A DNA stretch of 64,000 nucleotides from Eledone cirrhosa (taxonomy: Eukaryota), in assembly GCA_964016885.1 (NCBI GenBank), contig OZ024759.1, positions 6,634,001 through 6,698,000 on the forward strand. Direction: 5' to 3'. The notes under the pieces are model-generated. The model was not told the origin of the DNA. It saw only the letters and a list, made by a program, of their open reading frames with translations, and searched no databases. Shown one piece after another: positions 55,555 through 64,000 of the stretch (positions are counted from its first letter, which is position 1; each line of letters starts with the position of its first letter). The translations under genes were made by a program, and so were the position numbers.

Positions 55555-56804
55555 ATTTATTAATGAATGGACAGTTATATGACCTCCTTTTCACCCAAGA
55601 GACATACAGATACATATGCAAATATTGTGGGTCAACATTCATTACAGCATTTAGAGTGGCAGTACACACCTAGAGATTACATTCATATTAAAAGGTACAA
55701 TCAAAAATCAAAAATACAGGTTAAAATACAACATGAAAATAAGCGGTTATATAGTGCAAATGTTATATGTGTGGCAAGCACGTGCGTCTTGTTTATATAG
55801 TGTGGCAGAGAGTTACGTGTAGTAGAAGCACTTAGGTAGGTAAACAAGAGTGTTAGGTTGGTTGATCTGGTGGCAAATTCTTTATATGATTGTTATAGTC
55901 TGTGTGTGGAGAAATGATATAAGCATTAAAAATAGTGCAAGCATTAAAAATATTGAAAGTATTGGAAATGCACAGCGAAGGGATGATATGGACTTCATGT
56001 ACTTCGACATTTTCATAGTCAGGGGAGTGTATTTTTCAGATTATATGCCCCTCACATAATCCACGACAATTCGATATTGAGCGTTTGACAATCCAGTTAG
56101 AGAATCGTAGTCTGATGTTCTTTAGTTCAATACAGGAGGCTGTTACGTTTCGAGAATCGACATTGAATACTACCCGGAAGTGTGTGTGTGGCTAAGGGGA
56201 GTTAATGCATGAGGGGAGGTAACTCCGATGTTTCTATTACTAGCTATTGAAATGTGTCTCAAAATAGACCCTAATTTCTATGGTTATGCGCAACTTCCAA
56301 AAAATTTCTAAAGCATAAAGTGTTTTAACTATAGAGTAGTCTATTAAGTTGTGCTGAAGGTGTTCGTATTATTATGGTGATTAACCCCCATCGTAGAATG
56401 CCACAAATGAATATTATAGACGACGAGCGAGGATTCTAAATTAATGATCTCTGTGGTTGTAGTCTACTCATAGGACCAGGCGCGGTGATTGCAGAATCAC
56501 TTCAACACACAATGATCTCTGGTAAGTTCTGGGTCATCGCTTGCTACATTAGATGTCGAAAGATAATCATCACCAGGGCCGACCAGAGGTCAATCCGCAG
56601 TCCTCATGACCCCACTCTGACCATCAAATCATCCAGTTGCAATACATTCATTCTCTGCACTCAGCGTCCTGGTCCTACTGCTCAACAGCGTTACTAGATT
56701 AAATCTAAATGCTGTAATGAATGTTGACCCACAATATTTGCATATGTATCTGTATGTCTCTTGGGTGAAAAGGAGGTCATATAACTGTCCATCCATTAAT
56801 AAAT

Positions 56805-56851
56805 TGCTCCGAAGAATCCAAACCTCGGTTTGGAGGAAACAGTTGTAAGCA
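56805..56851 (+). ncRNA. Minimal hammerhead variant (CCGAAGA)
   Basis: tgct-CCGAAGA-a TCCAAAC ctcg GTTTGGA g-GAAAC-agtt-GTA-agca. Confidence 0.7.
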
Positions 56852-56891
56852 CAAAAATGTTTTGAACAGTTCTTTCATTCTTATATTTCAT

Positions 56892-56931
<40 letters not shown>

Positions 56932-57189
56932 AAGGAAATAAATGTTACGAGTGAATTTACATAATCATATTTATTAATTATACGTATTTCTGTGATATAT
57001 ATATATATATACATATTCGTTCTTATTTGCAAATAGTTGTTAAGACTGTCATCTTGTCCTTTGTCCGCTAGAGCCAGTTGTATCAGTTGAAGAACTGATA
57101 CAATGTATTACTAGCGACTGATGAGACGGGACTGACTGTTTTCATTCATTTTCTTGTCTTCGCCCACAATGTTTATTCATATTACATAA

Positions 57190-57890
57190 ACCTTATATTC
57201 CGGCGTATAAGTCGACATTTAGAGCCTTAAAAATATCTCTCCAAAACCAGTGTCAGTTACGACTTGTCTGCCGAATTTGAAATGTGAACCTTTATCACCG
57301 AGAAGTAAACAGTGAAACTGCCTAACACTCGTTGTACACCACTTACCACAACTCTAGCAGACAATTATTTCCTACTGAACCTCATATTTGTTAAGTTTAT
57401 TTAACGTAGTTTATAATAATAACAATGACTTGTTGTAGCTCATAGGGTAGGTTACCATAGGGTAGGTTACTATAGTGTAGGTTACCATAGTGTAGATTAC
57501 TATAGAGTAGGTTACCATAGGGTAGGTTATCATAGGGTAGGTTACCATAGGGTAGATTACCATAGGGTAGGTTACCATAGGGTAGATTACCATAGGGTAG
57601 GTTACCATAGGGTAGGTTACCATAGGTAGGTTTCCATAAGGTAGGTTACGATAGGTTCGTTAAGGTGAGGCTAGGCTGGTTTACTGAGTTAGAACTGACT
57701 TGCGACTGAAGTGTTTTAGAAGAAGTGTCTTAACCTTTAGCGCGCCACCAAATATTTTGGATTATTTCCCCTGCAACTGCCTTATTTTTTTAGGGGCCGT
57801 CTCATCCGGCAAATGTAGCCCTAAACTTGAATTACACCTCAGAATTTTAAGGGTTGACCTATGCGCGAGATCGACCGTCATATACGGTAT
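57190..57890. mobile_element. Non-autonomous pogo/Tigger-like DNA element containing a 15-bp array (CATAGGGTAGGTTAC, 57441-57655)
   Basis: Left ACCTTATATTCCGGCGTATAAGTCGAC and right GTTGACCTATGCGCG...ATATACGGTA resemble TACCGTA-type TIRs; degenerate. Confidence 0.5.
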
Positions 57891-58067
57891 ATTCCGTCTG
57901 GTAAACTTTCCCACGGTGTCCCACTGTAAACTATTAATTAGGTTGGATTTTCTGCTAAAAATAAAGGAATTATTTTATTAAATAATTCCTTTATTCATAA
58001 TTCTTCTTGAAAAGAATTATGAATTGATAGCCTTAAAAAGGGATTTAGAAGTAATTATATAAAATAA

Positions 58068-59240
58068 TACCACCTCCACTACCACCACCACCACTACCAC
58101 CACCACCTCTACTACCACCACCACCACTACCACCACTACTACCTCCACTACCACCACCTCCACTACCACCACCACCACTACCACTACCACCTCTACTACC
58201 ACCACCACCACTACCACCACCACCACTACCACCACCACCTCTACTACCACCACCACCACTACCACCACCACCTCTACTACCACCACCACCACTACCACCA
58301 CTACTACCTCCACTACCACCACCTCCACTACCACCACCACCACTACCACTACCACCTCTACTACCACCACCACCACTACCACCACCACCACTACCACCAC
58401 CACCTCTACTACCACCACCACCACTACCACCACCACCTCTACTACCACCACCACCACTACCACCACTACTACCTCCACTACCACCACCTCCACTACCACC
58501 ACCACCACTACCACTACCACCTCTACTACCACCACCACCACTACCACCACCACCACTACCACCACCACCTCTACTACCACCACCACCACTACCACCACTA
58601 CTACCTCCACTACCACCACCACCACTACCACCACCACCACTACCACTACTACTACCACCACCACCACTACCACTACTACTACCACCACCACCTCTACTTC
58701 CACCACTACCTCCTCTACTACCACCACTACCACCACCATTACCACTACCACTACCAGCACCACTACCACTACCACCACCACCACTACTACCACCACTACC
58801 ACCCCCACTACTACCACCACGACTACCACCTCCACTACTACCACCACTACCCCCCACTACCACCTCCACTACTACCACTACTACCACCACTACCACCACC
58901 ACTACCACTACTACTAGTACTACCACCACCACCACCACTACTACTACTACCATCACTACCACCACCACCTTTACTACCACCACTACCACCACCACCTCTA
59001 CCACCACCACCACCACTACTACCACCCCCACTACTACCACCACGACTACCACCTCCACTACTACCACCACTACCCCCCACTACCACCTCCACTACTACCA
59101 CTACTACCACCACTACCACCACCACTACCACTACTACTAGTACCACCACCACCACTACCACCACCACCACCACTACTACTACTACTACCATCACTACCAC
59201 CACCACTACCACTACTACTACCCCCACCCCCACCACGACT
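58068..59240. repeat. (CAC/CTA)n compound microsatellite with higher-order blocks
   Basis: Direct inspection. Confidence 0.95.
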
Positions 59241-59441
59241 ACAGAATAGGAGGAACCCTCCTTTACAACTCCGGTTTCACGACATGTGCCATTGTAAATT
59301 GAACACATCTGGATACTTCAACATTCTAAGGAGATCCTGTTTCTGCCACCATTGTGTTCTACAACAGAGCTTGCCATGGTAGTAGTCTGTCGTGTATTTT
59401 GGACATCTTCCTTCCTTCCGATCAGTATGTATATTTTGTCT

Positions 59442-60258
59442 TATTTCCCCTTTCCAAAGACCCCTCTAATATCCATGGTATTTCCCCTCTCCAAAGACCC
59501 CTCTAATATCCATGGTATTTCCCCTCTCCAAAGACCCCTCTAATATCCATGGTATTTCCCCTCTCCAAAGACCCCTCTAATATCCATGGTATTTCCCCTT
59601 TCCAAAGACCCCTCTAATATCCATGGTATTTCCCCTCTCCAAAGACCCCTCTAATATCCATGGTATTTCCCCTTTCCAAAGACCCCTCTAATATCCATGG
59701 TATTTCCCCTCTCCAAAGACCCCTCTAATATCCATGGTATTTCCCCTTTCCAAAGACCCCTCTAATATCCATGGTATTTCCCCTCTCCAAAGACCCCTCT
59801 AATATCCATGGTATTTCCCCTCTCCAAAGACCCCTCTAATATCCATGGTATTTCCTCTCTCCAAAGACCCCTCTAATATCCATGGTATTTCCCCTTTCCA
59901 AAGACCCCTCTAATATCCATGGTATTTCCCCTCTCCAAAGACCCCTCTAATATCCATGGTATTTCCCCTTTCCAAAGACCCCTCTAATATCCATGGTATT
60001 TCCCCTCTCCAAAGACCCCTCTAATATCCATGGTATTTCCCCTCTCCAAAGACCCCTCTAATATCCATGGTATTTCCCCTTTCCAAAGACCCCTCTAATA
60101 TCCATGGTATTTCCCCTCTCCAAAGACCCCTCTAATATCCATGGTATTTCCCCTCTCCAAAGACCCCTCTAATATCCATGGTATTTCCCCTCTCCAAAGA
60201 CCCCTCTAATATCCATGGTATTTCCCCTCTCCAAAGACCCCTCTAATATTCATAGTAT
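59442..60258. repeat. 37-bp satellite, about 22 copies
   Basis: Unit TTTCCCCTCTCCAAAGACCCCTCTAATATCCATGGTA. Confidence 0.95.
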
Positions 60259-60381
60259 TTTTATCCCTTAAGAGTCTAGGGCAGAGGCTCTCAAAGTTGA
60301 GAAGGTCCATGAGGCGCTGGGACCTAAGGGGTAGGTAGAGATGATATAATAGTATATTAAATATCAAATACATATAAATAC

Positions 60382-60960
60382 CTCTCTATATATAAAACGG
60401 AAGATGTGTGTGTATGATTTTTATGCATTTCCACATTTCTCTACCGATTTTGATGATTTTTTTCCAATGTGCTCCAAATTTACCAACGATGGTTAACGCG
60501 TAATAAACTTTGCCAAACATTTCCTGCTTCTATGAAAAAAAATCGATAAAACTAAATACATGCTGTAACCCTCTCTCTAACATGCTTATTCCCTCTCTCT
60601 ACTACCCAACAGCGACAAAACTTCGTTCAGGAACGCGACATAAACTTTGAAAACTAAGCAACACATCATTTTATACAACAAACATAGTCATACCGCTCTC
60701 TCCGTCGCTCTTCCCTCTCTCTATAATAGATCATTCCCCCTCTCTATAATTTAACTGCTTTACTCTCTTCATGCTTTGAGGTTTAACACACCTCCCTTCT
60801 TAGCTTTACTCTCTCCGTCACTCTTCCCTCTCTCTATAATAGATTATTCCCCCCTCTCTGTATTGACACAGCTTTTCTGGGGTATTTTAAATCGGCTTAT
60901 TGCAAATAACAACCCACAAAATAACACTTCATATAACAGATTAATGCTATAGACATATGA
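60382..60960 (+). mobile_element. Helitron-like non-autonomous element, 5' part
   Basis: CTCTCTATATATAAAA..GATGTGTGTGTATG...CCGATTTTGATGA resembles animal Helitron 5' ends; 3' end not found. Confidence 0.4.
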
Positions 60961-61066
60961 ATCGGAATGTTTAAATTATTTATTTTTTACGACTTTCATT
61001 GGTTAAATATTAATATGACAACAGCCATAGTGTTGTATTTCTGGCAATTCTGCCGAATACACTGCC

Positions 61067-63765
61067 AAGTCACAAGGGCCCATCCCAGAAAGACATAGAT
61101 TCCTTTTGGAGAAAAATATGGGGTGAAAAGAAGAATTTCAACCAAGATGCAGTGTGGCTAAGAGAAATCCGAAAGAACTATTGCTCCTACACTACAACAA
61201 AAACATACGAAACAAGTGAGGGTACCCTTGAGACTGTGATAGGAAAACTCCAAGATAAGAAAACACCAGGAAGAGACATGATTGTCAGCTACTGCTACAA
61301 AAAACTGATATTCTATCGGAGGTAGCTTATTGACTTCTACCAACAAGTTCTTAAGGGAGATACACTTATACCAGAATGGTTGACATTAGCACAAACATTA
61401 CTGGTCCCCAAGAACAAAGACACCCACTTGGCAAAAAACGACTGACTCATTGCATGCTAGAACCTGATGTATAAGATGTATACAGCCTGCCTGAACCTAT
61501 TCCTCCAAGATCACTGTGAAAATAATAACATCATCACAGATGAACAAGCAGCTGGAAAGAAAGGGGTTTGGGGATGTGCTGAACAACTCCTAATCAACAA
61601 AACTGCAATGTCGGAGGTGCGACAACTTAGGAGGAATATGACTACAGTCTGGCTGGACTACAGGAAAGCTTTCAATTCTGTTGCCCACTCTTGGATGATA
61701 GAGGCCCTCCGACTTGCTAAAGTCCCAGACATTATTGTCAGAGCCATAGAGAGGCTGTCTTCTTCTTGGGCTACTATCCTAAGGTTAAAGACAGAGAGGG
61801 AGGACTCTATTTTCACTGATAAAATAAAATATTGCAGGGGTATATTTCAGAGGGATAGTCTCTCTGTGATATTATTCCTCTTGTCATTAAACCCCTTGTC
61901 CTTTCTGCTCAAGAAATGTGAGGGATACATCATTGGCTCACAGGAGGACAGAAATACGAACCTAACCCATAATTTCTTTGTGGATGATCTGAAACTCTAT
62001 GCCAAGAACATGGATGGGATGAAGAAAAATTTTGACCTGGTTACAACGTTCTCAAAGGATATAGGAATGGAGTTTGGCCAAGATAAATGCTCATATATGA
62101 CTGTAAAGCGGGGAAAAACAACAACCCAATCTAGCAACATTGTCATCAATGGCCTAACTGTTTCACCGATATCTGATGAGGACTGCTACAGATACCTGGG
62201 GATAGATGAGAACATATCCTATAATAGTATCTGTAACAAAGAACGCGTAACCAGGGAATACTACACCCGATTAAGAAAGATCTGGTCATCGGAACTCTCT
62301 GCGCAAAACAAAACAGTGGCTCACAATGTGTTTGCTGTGCCTGTCCTAACACCAACGTTTGGAATACTCAATTGGACGATAAACGAAATCCGAGCAGTTG
62401 ATGTTGGACCTCGAAAAATACTGAACAACACCGGAAACTTCCACATCAACAGTGACATAGACCGCCTTTACTTGAAACGTAAGCAGGGAGGCAGAGGCCT
62501 AACATCAGTCCAGACAACATTTGAATGTCGCATTATATCTCTCTGACAACATCTACGAACCTCGAAGCGTAGGAGCCCGTTTCTCGAGCAAGTCTATCTG
62601 CATGAAACAGATAAGATCATGAGAGTTGGGAAGGAACACCTTGAGAGATATTCCCTGTATGATAATCGAAAACTCTCACCCAGAGATGTTGCTCAGCAGT
62701 ATCGCAGTGAATCCATGGATGAAAAACTGCTGCCTATCAGCAAAAAATCATGCATGGATATGTTGCCAGGAAGCTCCAGAGTGAGAGTAATATAGATAAG
62801 GAAGTAGTCTATCTTGGACCAACAACCGCTATATTGGCTCCCACTTTGAAGGATACTCTTTTGCAATCCAGGAACAGGAGATTAGCACGAAATACCTGAT
62901 TCACAAAAGAGATAGGGATGCAGGCTTAGATGTGATAACAAGTGCAGACTCTGCAGAACTAACATCGAGGATATCACCCATGTCATCAGCAGCTGTCCAA
63001 AGCTGTCATCGTGGTACTATCCACCTATGAGGCATGATGTAGTGGCCAAAACACTGTACGATGTAGTTCGTAAAAAAGATAGCTCCGATAATAAACATTA
63101 TAAAAGCTACAGCAATGTGGAAGACATCCATGTACATAATATGAAAGAGTACTGGTGGAATGTTCCAGTAAAAACACCAATAAAATGCAGGCATAACAGA
63201 CCAGATATAATGATATGGTACAGGGAAAAGAAGGCATGCACAGTAGTGGAAGTTAGCTGCCCAGCAGATGCCAATATAATATCAAAGATTAGTGAAAAGG
63301 AGAACATTCATGCAGAACTGATGAGAAATCTGCAGATACTCCACCCTGATTACACCTTCAGATTTATACCTGTGATTAATGGGGCACTGGGATATGTTAG
63401 TAACTGCCTCAATACAAATATTGAGAAGCTAGGCTTCACAGGAACAGAAAGAACACAACTAGTTAGGAAATTACAAGTACAATCCATTAATGGAACAGTA
63501 AAAATATGTAAGACATTCCAAAAATTTTGCATCTAATAACTGCATATACACATATACAGATGCAAAGCATATACACATGCACACATACAACTCAAAACAT
63601 CCACATCCACACATACAATAACATCCATATCTACACATGCATGCATACATACATACCTACCTAGTTGATGTTGTGTAAATTCCAATGAGAGAGTCTTGTG
63701 TCTATGTTAGAAACCGACTCTCTCTCTATTGGCAAAAATTTGTGAAATTATAAAACTAGAAGAAC
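61067..63765 (+). mobile_element. 5'-truncated R4/Dong-like non-LTR retrotransposon (RT + CCHC + restriction-like endonuclease), pseudogenised
   Basis: WLDYRKAF, GIFQ.DSLS, FFVDDLKLY, YRYLG, RLYL.RK.GGRGL; CRLC..EDITHVISSC; RHD, RPDI, VEVSCP, K..EK; several stops and frameshifts; (CATA)n tail. Confidence 0.92.
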
Positions 63766-64000
63766 ATACATACTATGTACACACATACACAGATACATAA
63801 ATTCATACATACATACATACATACTATGTACACACATACACACATACATACATACATACATACATACATACATACATACATACATACATACATACATACA
63901 TACATACTATGTACACACATACATACATACATTCGTACATACATAAATACTATGTACACACATACACACATACATACATACATATATGGTGGTTGCCAAC

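Larger units (their letters stand above)
55300..56894. mobile_element. PLE remnant with about 190-bp inverted arms (55466-55655 / 56704-56894)
   Basis: A hammerhead in each arm; the spacer has IIITRAD(Q)/RGQSAVLM at about 56565-56610, resembling the PLE RT N-terminal ADKG..VVM motif. Confidence 0.7.

Noticed and set aside
57118-57150. CTGATGA followed by a small hairpin
   Set aside because: No GAAA after the hairpin and no stem I or stem III.
57441-57680. Telomere-like TAGGG/TTAGG repeats
   Set aside because: The unit is 15 bp, not TTAGGG, and it is internal to a putative DNA transposon remnant.
59240-59440. Unique-sequence island as a possible exon (also 41230-41400, 28460-28615 and the donor at 17794)
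   Set aside because: No consistent acceptor, donor and open-frame combination could be established by eye.

Overview
Repeat-dominated eukaryotic DNA, most likely octopod (cephalopod), judged from the tRNA-derived SINE families and very dense (TA)n/(CA)n/(CATA)n microsatellites. Almost all listed ORFs are microsatellite read-throughs. The real content is: (1) about 25 Penelope-like element (PLE) remnants from roughly ten families, carrying about 17 complete and more than 10 truncated type I hammerhead ribozyme motifs, two GIY-YIG endonuclease fragments and many inverted pLTR structures; (2) an R4/Dong-like RT+REL LINE, an internally deleted copy of it and two 3' stubs, all in (CATA)n; (3) RTE-like LINE fragments, one with a twin-priming-type 5' inversion; (4) a decayed hAT transposase; (5) many SINEs; (6) several satellites, some visibly born from SINE, LINE or hAT sequence; (7) three candidate minus-strand host exons that splice in frame. 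The most interesting signals are the shared PLE 3' architecture (hammerhead, then a conserved GAGYRCTC box about 35-60 nt before a (TA)n-embedded end), the clustering of truncation and inversion breakpoints inside the ribozyme, and a conserved insert in hammerhead stem II. All structures were folded and aligned by eye; no searches were run.
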